Shown in pieces: positions 42,050-52,559 of a stretch of 64,000 bases of DNA (its first letter is position 1; every line of letters begins with the position of its first letter). Location of the stretch: contig CBDFJR010000002.1 in assembly GCA_965248535.1 (NCBI GenBank), positions 2,240,001 through 2,304,000 of the forward strand, in the 5' to 3' direction. The notes under the pieces were generated by a model. It had not been told where the DNA came from. It did not search any database and worked only from the letters and a program-made list of their open reading frames with translations. The position numbers and the translations under genes were made by a program. The DNA comes from Phormidesmis sp. GTDB lineage: Bacteria > Cyanobacteriota > Cyanobacteriia > Leptolyngbyales > Leptolyngbyaceae.

Positions 42050-42505
42050 TCAGCCTGGTTTTTCTGCTCTTAACACCCAGTTAGCAGGCTCTTTTAGCTC
42101 TTCTTGCTTGCCTTTGGTTAACAGCCAAAGCGCCGTTCGAGTTCTCAGGTGCCCGATCGCGATGCGCTCACCTGGCTGAATGCCGACTCCATAAGCAGAC
42201 TGATCAAGCATGGTGACCAGCCCGCAGTAAGAACTTGACCCATCAACTCTGACGGCAAAAAAGCGTTTTGCCTCATAGCCCGCTGGTAAAACAAAGACAC
42301 CATAGACGTTGTGGCGACCTTCCCAGGGTTCGACGATGATTTTAGAGGGGTGAATCTTTTCAGTCAGGGGATCAGAGGCCGTGATCGCACCCGCAGGGCA
42401 CCACGACAGAGTGCTCGGCTTGACTAAGAAGCGATCGCTGCGGGGCACTGCTAATGCAACTGTGATCAAGGTCAGCGTCAGTGCGATAAACCAGGTTCGT
42501 TTCAT
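42050..42505 (-). CDS. Hypothetical exported protein
   Basis: MKRTWF plus hydrophobic signal/anchor; two Cys. Confidence 0.6.
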   Translation of the reverse strand: MKRTWFIALTLTLITVALAVPRSDRFLVKPSTLSWCPAGAITASDPLTEKIHPSKIIVEPWEGRHNVYGVFVLPAGYEAKRFFAVRVDGSSSYCGLVTMLDQSAYGVGIQPGERIAIGHLRTRTALWLLTKGKQEELKEPANWVLRAEKPG

Positions 42506-42635
42506 TGCTTCAAGATCTGAGGTTGACTGAAAGCTGATCAAACACGCTTGTGTGCTCGACCCCATAAAACATCAGTTCTGCGGGTAGTATAGTATGCCCA
42601 TGTTTGAAAAGATGCTTAACCTGTTCACTAGTCTC

Positions 42636-44129
42636 CTAGCGCTGCACCCACTCTACCAGGGTCAAAATCCCTAGGGCAAAGCTGACTAAACCCCACAGAA
42701 GTCGCTGCTTTTTGACCTGGTTTAAGTCGTTGATGAGCGTGTTGATCTGGTGCCGCAATTGTGATTCGAGTTGTCTAGCCTGCTCTGCGGCCGTGGTTTG
42801 CTGGGCCTCTCGACGATCGAGATCTTGACTGGCGGTGAGAAACTGCCCATCTGCCTCGCTAAGACGCTTGCCTTTTGACCAGACTAAGACATCTTGCAAC
42901 GCCTGACCTCGCAGCAGCCAAGATTGATCTTGAGCATCTGATGCAACCCAAGCGTTGAGCGCCTGAGAATAGGGGCGAAGATTGTTCAGGTGTTTCTCGA
43001 CCCAAGCCTGATCAAACACGGCGGCATAAATCGGATTTTTGACTTGCAATGACCCCTGCGATTGATCGACTAATCCTGAAAGCAGGAGTTCCATTTCTTC
43101 AGACGTGCCGCTGTGGAAGGAGGCGGGGGAGTCAGCGTCTTGGTGAAGATTTTGCAAAATCTTTTGATAGCGCTCTAGAAGGCGACCCGCTTGAAGCTCG
43201 CTTTGCAAGAGGCGATCGCGGATGGTTCTCAAATGTTCTGGGTTGTCTTGGGTCTCCCAATGGTCGATGATTTGCGATCGCACCAGTTGCTCAACCCAAA
43301 AGGCTTCGGTGCCCGGTGGCAGGGTCAGGGTGCCTTTGACCGTTGACTGGCTCGATTGCACCACGCACTGACAGATTTTTTGCGTCAAAAACGGTTGTCC
43401 ACCCGTCCAGGCTAAAATCGCCCGCAGCACTGCCGAAGGGTTGTTGACCTTGCCCATCAGACCTTCTGACAACGGCGCAACCTCATAATCTTGAAAGCCT
43501 TGAAGCTCGATCGCTTGACCAATGTTAAACGGGGTGCGGCTGCGATCGCGGATCAGATCAGCCGGGGTTGCCACGCCAAAGACAGCCCAATTTAACCGAC
43601 AGTAGGCAGCGTTTTCGGCCCGGCGATCGTGGCCATAGCGAATCAGCGCAAAAAAATCATCGACCGCAAACGGCAGATTGAGAACGCAGTCAATTTCATC
43701 AATGAAAATGACGATCGCAGACTCAAGTTGCGCCAACAGCACCGTTTCTAAAAATTCTCCTAGACGGCAGGTGAGCGATAGATGCGAGTGGCTGCGCCAC
43801 CAAGTGCCTACATCAATATCGAGTCGAAAACTGCTCGCCAGAGAGGCCGTCAAGGAGGCATACCACTGCTCTGGGGTGGCTTGCTGGGTGCCGATCAGGG
43901 TCATATCGACGACTCCACACTGCACCCCAACGTCTTTGAGTCGGTGCATGGTTCTGACCCGCAGACTCGACTTGCCCATCTGTCGAGAGTTAAACACATA
44001 GCAAAGCTCTCCTGACTTGAGCGCTGTGTAGAGATCTAGGTCAGCTTGCCTGACAACATAGCTGGGGGCATTGTTGTTGAGGCTTCCACCCACTTGATAT
44101 TCGTAGTTAAACATCGAACTTTGATTCAT
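42636..44129 (-). CDS. AAA_35-type ATPase-domain protein with C-terminal TM helix
   Basis: [46 protein letters not shown]. Confidence 0.85.
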   Translation of the reverse strand: MNQSSMFNYEYQVGGSLNNNAPSYVVRQADLDLYTALKSGELCYVFNSRQMGKSSLRVRTMHRLKDVGVQCGVVDMTLIGTQQATPEQWYASLTASLASSFRLDIDVGTWWRSHSHLSLTCRLGEFLETVLLAQLESAIVIFIDEIDCVLNLPFAVDDFFALIRYGHDRRAENAAYCRLNWAVFGVATPADLIRDRSRTPFNIGQAIELQGFQDYEVAPLSEGLMGKVNNPSAVLRAILAWTGGQPFLTQKICQCVVQSSQSTVKGTLTLPPGTEAFWVEQLVRSQIIDHWETQDNPEHLRTIRDRLLQSELQAGRLLERYQKILQNLHQDADSPASFHSGTSEEMELLLSGLVDQSQGSLQVKNPIYAAVFDQAWVEKHLNNLRPYSQALNAWVASDAQDQSWLLRGQALQDVLVWSKGKRLSEADGQFLTASQDLDRREAQQTTAAEQARQLESQLRHQINTLINDLNQVKKQRLLWGLVSFALGILTLVEWVQR

Positions 44130-44167
44130 TGCAGAGGAGAGACGGGACGATCGCGGTATCTTCCTGT

Positions 44168-45421
44168 CTAGAGAGGTTTGCCTGAAAGGATGTGAAAGAG
44201 AAGTTGAATCAAAAAGCCCTCAGTCTTCATCTGCTGCTGAGAGGCGAGACCTTCAGCGTGTTTGCGATCGCTGATGTCTTTGAGTGTGCCTTCATAGTGC
44301 AGCGGGTTGCCTTGACCATCTTTCACCACTCGAACGTCTTCGCAAACCCAGATCACGGTGCCGTCTTGGCGATAAACTTGAGACTCAAAATCGCTAACTA
44401 CCCCAAACTGGTGAAGGTAGTTGATTAACTGCGATCGCCGCTTTGGGTTGACATAAAACTGCTCAGAGAGGTGGTCAATCTCGTGCAGCACCGCTTGCGG
44501 AGAGTCATAGCCCAAGAGTTGCGCGAGGGCAGGGTTAACCCGCAAAAATCGCCCGCTCGGAGTCGATTGAAAGAGAGCGATCGAGGCGTTTTCAAAAATG
44601 CTGCGATAGCTTTCTTCAACGGTTTGTTGGGTTTGAAGCTCTTGCTGGAGGCGAATGTTTTGGTCTTCTAATCGCTTTTGCAGGCTTCGCAGATTCAGTT
44701 GATGCTCGATTCTGGCCAGCACTTCTTCGGTCTGAAAGGGCTTTGTGATGTAGTCAACGCCGCCCAGATTAAAGCCTTTGACTTTATCTAAACTGTCTTC
44801 GATCGCGCTGATAAAAATAACCGGAATTCCTTTAGTCAAAGGGTTGGCTTTGAGTCGTTCGCACACTTCATAGCCGTCTACTCCCGGCATCATGATGTCG
44901 AGCAAAATGAGATCAGGCGCGATGATGTGAATTTGGTTAAGCGCCAAGCCACCGTCAAGGGCGCTACAGACTTCATAGCCCTGTTGAGTAAGCGCCTCAG
45001 AGAGAAACCGCAGCACGTCGGGGGTGTCATCAATAATCAAAATGGTGGCGTGAGGGTCAGACTGAGAGAGATTAAGCCCTAACAGGCGAAAAATTTCTTG
45101 CTCGGCATCTCGCAGATCTGGCAGGTGTTTGGCTCCTTGACTGCTGAGGGCTTGGTGCTGCATGACCCGTCGCTCTAGCTGCAAAACCGCAGAACTAGTG
45201 ACTCGATCGATTGCCTCTAAGTGAACAATTCCTAGACTCAAATCGCTTAGAAGACTGGCATCAATGTCTGCTTGACCCGATGCGATCGGAGTCAGACGAT
45301 CGAAGTTGTGGGCTAGCAGTTTGCGAACATAGTAAGCCGTGATCGGTGAAAGCGAGACGCTGGTTTCTCGCTGAGAGTGAGTCACCTGTAAATTCAAATC
45401 GTCAGCAATCATTCGGGACAC
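44168..45421 (-). CDS. Response regulator: unknown N-terminal domain + REC + PAS
   Basis: [41 protein letters not shown]. Confidence 0.85.
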   Translation of the reverse strand: MSRMIADDLNLQVTHSQRETSVSLSPITAYYVRKLLAHNFDRLTPIASGQADIDASLLSDLSLGIVHLEAIDRVTSSAVLQLERRVMQHQALSSQGAKHLPDLRDAEQEIFRLLGLNLSQSDPHATILIIDDTPDVLRFLSEALTQQGYEVCSALDGGLALNQIHIIAPDLILLDIMMPGVDGYEVCERLKANPLTKGIPVIFISAIEDSLDKVKGFNLGGVDYITKPFQTEEVLARIEHQLNLRSLQKRLEDQNIRLQQELQTQQTVEESYRSIFENASIALFQSTPSGRFLRVNPALAQLLGYDSPQAVLHEIDHLSEQFYVNPKRRSQLINYLHQFGVVSDFESQVYRQDGTVIWVCEDVRVVKDGQGNPLHYEGTLKDISDRKHAEGLASQQQMKTEGFLIQLLFHILSGKPL

Positions 45422-45789
45422 CGCCTTTCGTGAAAAAGTTTAATTTGTGAAAAAATCTTAAATGAAACCGGGCAGCACCCACTCCTATTAATCTGCGATC
45501 GCTTTGGGGAATTTTAGGACTGTATCAATCCTTCAGGATTATAGATTTAGGTAAAACCAGAAGCTATCTCAAAGCATGGCACTGCTGGAGCCATTGCCTG
45601 TGTGAGAAACCGCTAGGATTTAATTTATACTCCCAAGTCTTTGATAGTCTATCAGGAACTCCAAACTTCGTGAATCTGACGCGCGCTTTTAAGGGTCAAC
45701 TTCATACACACTGAGCGATTCTTTAAACTGCTTCAAACGTTTAAAAGTGGGGTTGCTAGGTTGAGAGTTGCTCATGCCCGATCGCGTCA

Positions 45790-48700
45790 CTAGTGAGACT
45801 GAAAATGGAAATCTTGCACGGACTGCGTGAGGCTGATCACCACATCAAATCGAAAATTATTAACCGCATCACACAAGGCATGGGAGAGATCAAGATAGTC
45901 ATCTGGCAGTTGCTGAATTAAAGTGAGACAGCGATCGACGTTGAGGCGAGAAGCAGCCCCATAAAGATCAGCCACCCATTCACCCGGCATTGCTGTTTGC
46001 AGCGTCTCAAAAGCGGTCGCGATCGTTTGGGCTGATGCGTCAACCGCCTCTAATTGATGAGCGTGATGGTCGGTCGGTTGAGCCTCGTCATAGACATAGA
46101 GCACTTTGAGGTGACGAGCGATCGTGCTCAACAACTGGTCTTCTCGAAAGGGCTTATATAAAACATCGTCACAGCCAATGGCTAGACGGGTGCCGCGATC
46201 GTCTTCAAAGGCGCTAGCAGTCAAGGCAATAATTTTAGTCGAGAGCAAGGGCGTTGATGATTTTCGCCGTTTTTTAACCGTTTTCTGCTGCTGGTGTTCT
46301 AGCTGTCTAATCTGCTGAGTCGCTTCATAGCCATCCATTTCTGGCATGCGCTGATCCATCAAAATTAGGTGGGGGTGCCAGTGCTGCCAGTGATCGATCG
46401 CCTGTTGACCATCGGCGACTGACTGCACATCAAACCCGCGATCGCTGAGTAGCTGCACCAATAGCGATCGCGCATCTTCAGTGTCTTCAACCACCAAAAT
46501 TCGATAGGTTTCTTGGTGGGGCTGCAACCCGATGACCTGGGGAAGTTGAGGCACCAGCGTCGGAAACCAGATCGGCGTAACGGGCAGATCAACCGTGAAT
46601 TGAGTGCCGTGCCCGATCGTGCTGCTGACGCTAATGTGTCCGCCCATCAATTCAACAAACTGACGGCTGATGGCTAACCCTAACCCGGTGCCCTTGTTAG
46701 ACTTTCGACCCGTCTCGGTTTGCACAAACGCATCAAAGACGCTATCGAGTTCTTGAGGGGCAATGCCTGGCCCGGTGTCGGCCACCTCAAAGCGCAGGGT
46801 GATAGAGGGCGAGTCAGTTGAGTCTGAGCAGTCGAGGCAAGAAGCCCGTAGGGTAATGCTGCCGCAGTGGGCGCTGTCATGAGCCGGAGAATCGGTAAAC
46901 TTGATCGCGTTGCCCAACAGATTCATCAACACTTGGCGAAGTTTATTTTCGTCGGTTTCGACCAGGTTAGGCAGATTGGGGTGACGATCGTAGACAAACC
47001 GCAGCCCCTTTGAAGCCACCGGAAGCCGAAACATTTCTACCACATTTTCGAGCAGTCTTGGCAGGTTGACCTCTACCAGGCTGAGACTGGCTGCCCCGGC
47101 TTCGATTTTTGAGAGTTCTAACACGTTGTTGATCAGGTTCAAAAGATGCTGAACGCTGCGATCGATCGTGGTTAATCGCGATCGCTGTTTTGGGGTGATC
47201 GTCTTGTCAGACTCTAGCAATTCACTACAGCCGAGAATAATCGCCAGCGGCGTTCGCAACTCGTGATTCATGTTGGCTAAAAACGCACTTTTGGCGAGAT
47301 TTGCGGTCTCTGCGGCCTCTTTGGCTTGCTGAAGCTCTGCGGCGCGCTGCTTGCGCTCGGTCACATCTCGCATTGAGCCAGTCATCCGCACGGGTTTGCC
47401 CTGCTGATCCCAGAGGGCAGTCCCTCGTGACTCGCACCATTTGTAGGTGCCATCTTTGCACAGCACCCGATATTCATTGGAATAATGGGGCAATTTTTGT
47501 TCTAAATAAGCCTGATTAGCCGCCAGAAAACTCTCTAGATCATCGGCGTGAATGAGCGCAAAAAAGTTGTCGTTGTCCGGGCCAATTTCTGCTTCTGTAT
47601 AGCCGAGCATGTCGTACCACCGTTGAGAACAAAATCTGTGGTTGGTGATCAGATTCACATCCCAAATGCCGTCGTTATTGGCGTTGAGAACGAGTTGCAG
47701 GCGTTCTTCGCTAGCTTGCAGCGCCGCTTCTGTCTGCTTGCGTTCGTCTTCGATGCGGACGCGATCGGTAATGTCAACGCTGACAACAGTTACCACCCAG
47801 CCCTGAGTGGAGTCGTCATAGCGAGAGGTGTAGGTGCTGGAAATCCACCTCAGAGAGTGGTCTTTGTGATAAAACTCATACTCAACGGTGCCGGGTCGTC
47901 CACTAAAAATCACTTGATGCACTTGGGCGAGCACCCGCGATCGCTCTTTGAGCCGAGTTGCCCACCTGTCTGGATTGTGAAGATATTCTTCGACGGTGTA
48001 GCCAAACACGGTCGTCGCCCCGGCCGAGCGGTAGTCAAACTGCCAAGACTGGTCAGGCAAGATGCGAAAACTGGCGATCGCGGCCCCAGCACTATTGAGA
48101 ATGTCGTTGAGTTTAGCTTCAGAGCGTTGCAGCGCTTCTTCGGCCTGTTTTAAGTCGGTGATATCCAGTTCGATGCCGTCCCAGATCATGCGACCATCGT
48201 CTAGGCGACGGGGGGCCGATCGAAAGTGTGACCATCGCCATTCGCCTCGACTGTTGAGTCTGCGAACTTGGGCATCAAACACAGAGAGATTTTGCATTGA
48301 TGACTCGATCGTCTGCTTTAATCGAGCCAGATCGTCGGCTAAAAATTGGTCATAGAAAATTTGAGCATTTTCCAAAACAGCTTGGGGCTTGAGTCCTGAG
48401 ATCTGCTCAATGCCTGCGCTGACATAGGAAAAGTGATAAGTTTCATCTAGTTCACGCACCACTTGATAGATCATGCCCTTCGGCAGGTTATCTCCGATCG
48501 AACTCAGCATGGCTTCTCGTTCGGCAAGGGCCAGTTCGGCATGTTTGCGTTTGGTGATGTCGGTGGCCGTGCCGATGATGCGATAGATCTGCGATCGCTC
48601 GTCTCGCAGCGGGGTCAGGGTGGTTAACGTCCATCGCTGTTGCCCTTGAAAGGGTAAACACTCTTCATAGGTGCGACTGGTGCCCCTCTCAATGCAGGTG

Positions 48701-49746
48701 CGATAGTTTTCTCGAATCGCGGCGGCAGCATCGGGGGGAAAAATTTCTCCGATCGTTTTGTTTTTGATCTCGCCAGGTTTGAATCCGGCGAGTCGCTCAC
48801 AGACAGGATTTGCCCCCGCCAGAGCAAAGTCGCCATCGGCTTGAATATCGATCACCCAGATCGACTGCTCAACGCCTTCATAGATGCCGCGCAAAAACTG
48901 CTCTTTTTCTAACAGGGCCAGGCTCGATCGCTTGGTTTCGGTGATGTCTTGTGCCATTGCCAGCAGACACTGAGCGCCCTCTAGCTCAATGATCTCTGAG
49001 GAGATCAAAACAAACTTAATCTCCCCAGATTTGCCTTGAACCTGAAACTCTTGATTTTTAAAAGTGCCCGATGGTGGGCGATCGTGAAAGCGATCGCGCT
49101 CTGCTGAGTTCTTCCAGAGGTTGAGTTCGTCGGCTGTTTTGCCCAACACCTCTTCAGGGAGGTAGCCCGTGAGGGTGCAAAAGCTTTGATTAATTTCTAG
49201 AAAGCGGTGATCTTCTAGGGTGGTGATCATCATCGCGCCAGGGTTTGAGCGAAAGGCTTTAGAGAATTTGATCTCTGAGGTTCGCAGCGCTGACTGCACC
49301 AGTTCTCGCGATCGGATCTCGTCTTGCAGCAGATGATTTTGTTCTTCAAGCTGTTTGCTTAGGTGACTGAGCCGCAGATGCACGTTAATGCGAGCCAACA
49401 CTTCTTCATGCTGAATCGGTTTGGTAATGTAATCAACCGCTCCGATCGACAGCCCTCTAATTTTGTCGATCGGGTCAGTGAGCGCCGTCATAAAAATAAC
49501 CGGAATATCTCGCGTGACTTCTGACGCTTTGAGTTGCTGACAGATTTCAAACCCGTCGAGCACTGGCATCAGCACATCTAGCAAAATCAGATCGGGAATG
49601 ACTCGCTGGAGTTTTTGCAGCGCGCTGCTGCCGTTTTTGGCGATCAGCACTTCAAACCCGTAGGCAATCAACAGATCGGATAAAACTTTAAGATTGGTGG
49701 GGTGGTCATCAACAATCAGAATCCGAGATTTTTTAGAGGTTGTCAT
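45790..49746 (-). CDS. Hybrid histidine kinase REC-multiPAS-HisKA-HATPase-REC
   Basis: N-terminal REC, five PAS/PAC units ending DIT/DVT, NHELRTP, GNAIKF, GTGLGL, C-terminal REC. Confidence 0.92.
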   Translation of the reverse strand: MTTSKKSRILIVDDHPTNLKVLSDLLIAYGFEVLIAKNGSSALQKLQRVIPDLILLDVLMPVLDGFEICQQLKASEVTRDIPVIFMTALTDPIDKIRGLSIGAVDYITKPIQHEEVLARINVHLRLSHLSKQLEEQNHLLQDEIRSRELVQSALRTSEIKFSKAFRSNPGAMMITTLEDHRFLEINQSFCTLTGYLPEEVLGKTADELNLWKNSAERDRFHDRPPSGTFKNQEFQVQGKSGEIKFVLISSEIIELEGAQCLLAMAQDITETKRSSLALLEKEQFLRGIYEGVEQSIWVIDIQADGDFALAGANPVCERLAGFKPGEIKNKTIGEIFPPDAAAAIRENYRTCIERGTSRTYEECLPFQGQQRWTLTTLTPLRDERSQIYRIIGTATDITKRKHAELALAEREAMLSSIGDNLPKGMIYQVVRELDETYHFSYVSAGIEQISGLKPQAVLENAQIFYDQFLADDLARLKQTIESSMQNLSVFDAQVRRLNSRGEWRWSHFRSAPRRLDDGRMIWDGIELDITDLKQAEEALQRSEAKLNDILNSAGAAIASFRILPDQSWQFDYRSAGATTVFGYTVEEYLHNPDRWATRLKERSRVLAQVHQVIFSGRPGTVEYEFYHKDHSLRWISSTYTSRYDDSTQGWVVTVVSVDITDRVRIEDERKQTEAALQASEERLQLVLNANNDGIWDVNLITNHRFCSQRWYDMLGYTEAEIGPDNDNFFALIHADDLESFLAANQAYLEQKLPHYSNEYRVLCKDGTYKWCESRGTALWDQQGKPVRMTGSMRDVTERKQRAAELQQAKEAAETANLAKSAFLANMNHELRTPLAIILGCSELLESDKTITPKQRSRLTTIDRSVQHLLNLINNVLELSKIEAGAASLSLVEVNLPRLLENVVEMFRLPVASKGLRFVYDRHPNLPNLVETDENKLRQVLMNLLGNAIKFTDSPAHDSAHCGSITLRASCLDCSDSTDSPSITLRFEVADTGPGIAPQELDSVFDAFVQTETGRKSNKGTGLGLAISRQFVELMGGHISVSSTIGHGTQFTVDLPVTPIWFPTLVPQLPQVIGLQPHQETYRILVVEDTEDARSLLVQLLSDRGFDVQSVADGQQAIDHWQHWHPHLILMDQRMPEMDGYEATQQIRQLEHQQQKTVKKRRKSSTPLLSTKIIALTASAFEDDRGTRLAIGCDDVLYKPFREDQLLSTIARHLKVLYVYDEAQPTDHHAHQLEAVDASAQTIATAFETLQTAMPGEWVADLYGAASRLNVDRCLTLIQQLPDDYLDLSHALCDAVNNFRFDVVISLTQSVQDFHFQSH

Positions 49747-49810
49747 ACCCGTTTGATTTATGAACGTGACCGATCGCCAGGAGTGTGCTGCCGCCAGAGG
49801 TTTTCAGCTT

Positions 49811-51751
49811 TTAGCCTTTTTTAACATAGTGCTCTAGAAATTCCGTAATCTCCACATCATCAAAATGCTCGGCTAGCGTCAGCAGTTTGGCTGCAAACCC
49901 ATGATAGAGGGGCGATAGTGCCTTTAGCCGCAGAGCTTCTTGAGTGATGCGGGCAATGTGGCCAATCTGGGCCGCCTGATAAAGCAAGACTAGCACTTCG
50001 GGCGGGGGAGCCACGATCGCGTCCGTTGCGCTTGAGGCGATCGCAGGCGTTTGCCCACTCCAAGTCAACTTAAGATGGCGCTGAAGCAAGACTAACAACT
50101 CGTCTAGCTGAATCGGTTTAGCCAAAAAGTCTTGATAGCCTGCGATTTGACATCGCTGGCGATCGGCTTGTGACACGCTAGCGGTTGAGGCGATGACGGG
50201 AATGGGGCGCGATCGTGGATCAGTTTGAAGCTGACGAATTAACTCAAAGCCATCCATCTTAGGCATGGCAAGGTCAGAAATGATCAGATCAGGCGACTGA
50301 GCTAGGGTGATGTCTAGCCCGATTTGCCCATTGCTGGCTTCGAGGAGTTGAAACCCGATCGGAGTAAGCATATCGACCAGCACCGCCCGATTGTCGGGCA
50401 GATCATCAATCACCAAAATGGTTTTGGGCGGGCCCTGATAGCCTGTGATCGTCTGACTGGGCAGCGGCGGGGTGGGCGCGATCGCGGCACTCACGGCGGG
50501 CAGAGCGATCGTAAACCAAAATCGGCTCCCCTGGTTGAGATGGCTCTCAACTTGCAGCGCGCCACCCATAAGAGAAACGAGCTTTTGCGTGATCGAGAGT
50601 CCTAGCCCGGTGCCGTCTGGCTGAGACTGATCGCCCGCTTGCTCAAAGGGCAAAAAGATGCGATCGAGCGATTCATCCGCGATGCCAATGCCCGTGTCTT
50701 TAACACAAAACGAAACATGATGAGAATCACTACCGACAACTTTTAAGTTAACGCAGCCGCGATCGGTAAATTTAATCGCATTACCCAGCAGATTAAACAA
50801 AATTTGTCGCAATCGCTTTTGATCGGCCGTGACCACTTGCGGAATCTGTCCGTCAGTTTCTAAGGCAAAGGCGATGCCTTTTTGGTCGGCTTTGGGCTGA
50901 AAGAAATTGACTAGATCAGTTAAAAAGACATCAAACGCAAACGCTTGGGGCACCAATTCCAGCTTTTGGGCTTCGATCTTAGACAGATCCAAAATATCGT
51001 TGATTAACGTCAGCAGATGGGTGCCGCTTTGATGAATGACTCGAATGCCATCTTTGAGCCTGGGTGCGTGGACAGTGGAGTCTGCCCCGATCGCCTCATC
51101 TCGCATCAAAATTTGGCTATAGCCCAGAATGCCGTTGAGAGGCGTTCTCAACTCGTGACTCATGTTGGCTAAAAACGTGCTTTTAGCCTGGTTTGCAACT
51201 TCTGCGGACTCTTTGGCGTGCTGAAGCTGTTGATTGACCGCCACCAGTTGAGCCGTGCGATCGCTGACCTTTTGTTCTAAAGAGGCGTTGAGGTGGGCGA
51301 GTTCTTGATTGACGCGCTGAAGCTGCTGATTTTGTTGAGCAAGCTGCTGATCTTGCACATAGCGCCGCAGGGCTTCGGTGACGGTCAAACTCAGATCGGT
51401 TTGATCCCACGGTTTGGCAATATAGCGATAGAGTCGGGCGTGGTTGACCGCGTTGCCCACGGCTTCGGCGCTAGCTTGCCCCGTAAGCAGAATTTTGAGC
51501 GTGTTGGGAGAGCGATCGTGGACTTGAATCAAAAACTCATCGCCCTTCATGCCCGGCATAATTTGGTCAGAAATCACCAGTGCCACCTCGATCTGATCGT
51601 CCTGTAGCTCTTGAATAATCTCTAGCGCGTCTTCACTGCTCTCGGCAATTTCAATATAAAAATCTTTGCCAAAGGGACGCTTGAGTTGCTCTTTGAGGCT
51701 CTCTAAAACGACTTCTTCGTCATCCACACAGAGAATCGCTAGCTTGGGCAT
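49811..51751 (-). CDS. Hybrid histidine kinase REC-HisKA-HATPase-REC
   Basis: ILCVDD, SDQIMP, SHELRTP, GTGLGL, second REC. Confidence 0.92.
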   Translation of the reverse strand: MPKLAILCVDDEEVVLESLKEQLKRPFGKDFYIEIAESSEDALEIIQELQDDQIEVALVISDQIMPGMKGDEFLIQVHDRSPNTLKILLTGQASAEAVGNAVNHARLYRYIAKPWDQTDLSLTVTEALRRYVQDQQLAQQNQQLQRVNQELAHLNASLEQKVSDRTAQLVAVNQQLQHAKESAEVANQAKSTFLANMSHELRTPLNGILGYSQILMRDEAIGADSTVHAPRLKDGIRVIHQSGTHLLTLINDILDLSKIEAQKLELVPQAFAFDVFLTDLVNFFQPKADQKGIAFALETDGQIPQVVTADQKRLRQILFNLLGNAIKFTDRGCVNLKVVGSDSHHVSFCVKDTGIGIADESLDRIFLPFEQAGDQSQPDGTGLGLSITQKLVSLMGGALQVESHLNQGSRFWFTIALPAVSAAIAPTPPLPSQTITGYQGPPKTILVIDDLPDNRAVLVDMLTPIGFQLLEASNGQIGLDITLAQSPDLIISDLAMPKMDGFELIRQLQTDPRSRPIPVIASTASVSQADRQRCQIAGYQDFLAKPIQLDELLVLLQRHLKLTWSGQTPAIASSATDAIVAPPPEVLVLLYQAAQIGHIARITQEALRLKALSPLYHGFAAKLLTLAEHFDDVEITEFLEHYVKKG

Positions 51752-51787
51752 GGGTCGGGGGTCAAAGGTGGGAATAAACCTATTTTC

Positions 51788-52177
51788 TCACGCCAGACCT
51801 GAAAGGATCGTGTTTGCCAATTCTTCTTCACTCCAGGGTTTATGGAGACAGCGATATAAGTTGGCAGACTTTTGGGCCCGATCGATCGCGGCTTGGTCGG
51901 CTTGCCCAGTTAACAAAACGGTGACGATTTTAGGATATTTTTGATGCACTTGGGTTAGAAATTCATCGCCCTTCATGCCTGGCATGAGCCAGTCTGAGAC
52001 GATAATCAACACCTCGACGTTTTCTGCTACCAGATCTTCTAAGACTTCCCACGCTTCGCTGGCATCGCTGGCACCTTCGTAGAGATAATTTTGACCCAAT
52101 CGGCGTTTTAGCTGCTCTTTGAGGGTTTCTAAAATGATCGCTTCGTCGTCAACACAGAGAATCGCTTTGCTAGACAT
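51788..52177 (-). CDS. Single-domain response regulator
   Basis: ILCVDDE, SDWLMP, LLTG, KPW. Confidence 0.92.
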   Translation of the reverse strand: MSSKAILCVDDEAIILETLKEQLKRRLGQNYLYEGASDASEAWEVLEDLVAENVEVLIIVSDWLMPGMKGDEFLTQVHQKYPKIVTVLLTGQADQAAIDRAQKSANLYRCLHKPWSEEELANTILSGLA

Positions 52178-52254
52178 AGAAGAGTGACCACAGGGATTGA
52201 CACCAGCATACAGAAGACGATCGGTGGATGGGCCACGATGGAGAATTTATCTCG

Positions 52255-52388
52255 CACCCTGTACGGGCCCGGCATCGCCACACCCCATACGGGCATGGCA
52301 TTGCCACACCCCGTACGGCCCGGCATCGCCACACCCCGTACGGCCCGGCATCGCCACACCCTGTACGGGCATGGCATTGCCGTGCCCC
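52255..52388. repeat. Tandem array of five 25-26 bp REP-like units
   Basis: cacc(c/t)gtacgg(g)c..ggcat(c/t)gcca repeated head-to-tail, no spacers. Confidence 0.9.
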
Positions 52389-52533
52389 GACACACGGATG
52401 GATTTATCGCACGCTCCGAACCACGGATTTGTTGCACGACGTGCTTCGGTATACGGATTTGTCGTATACATTTCGTAGGGTGATGGTGCGTGGTTTGTGC
52501 CCCGGTATGCGGATTTGTTTTACGCGTGGGTGA

Positions 52534-52559
52534 AGGGCACGGCATTGCCGTGCCCCTAC
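52534..52559. repeat. REP-like palindrome overlapping the kinase stop codon
   Basis: gggcacggcattgccgtgccc followed by ctac (GTAG on the minus strand). Confidence 0.8.

Noticed and set aside
52255..52388. CRISPR array
   Set aside because: Units are contiguous with no unique spacers, and there are no cas genes in the window
52129..52545. Several short ORFs over the tandem repeat
   Set aside because: Open in many frames only because the GC-rich repeat lacks stop codons
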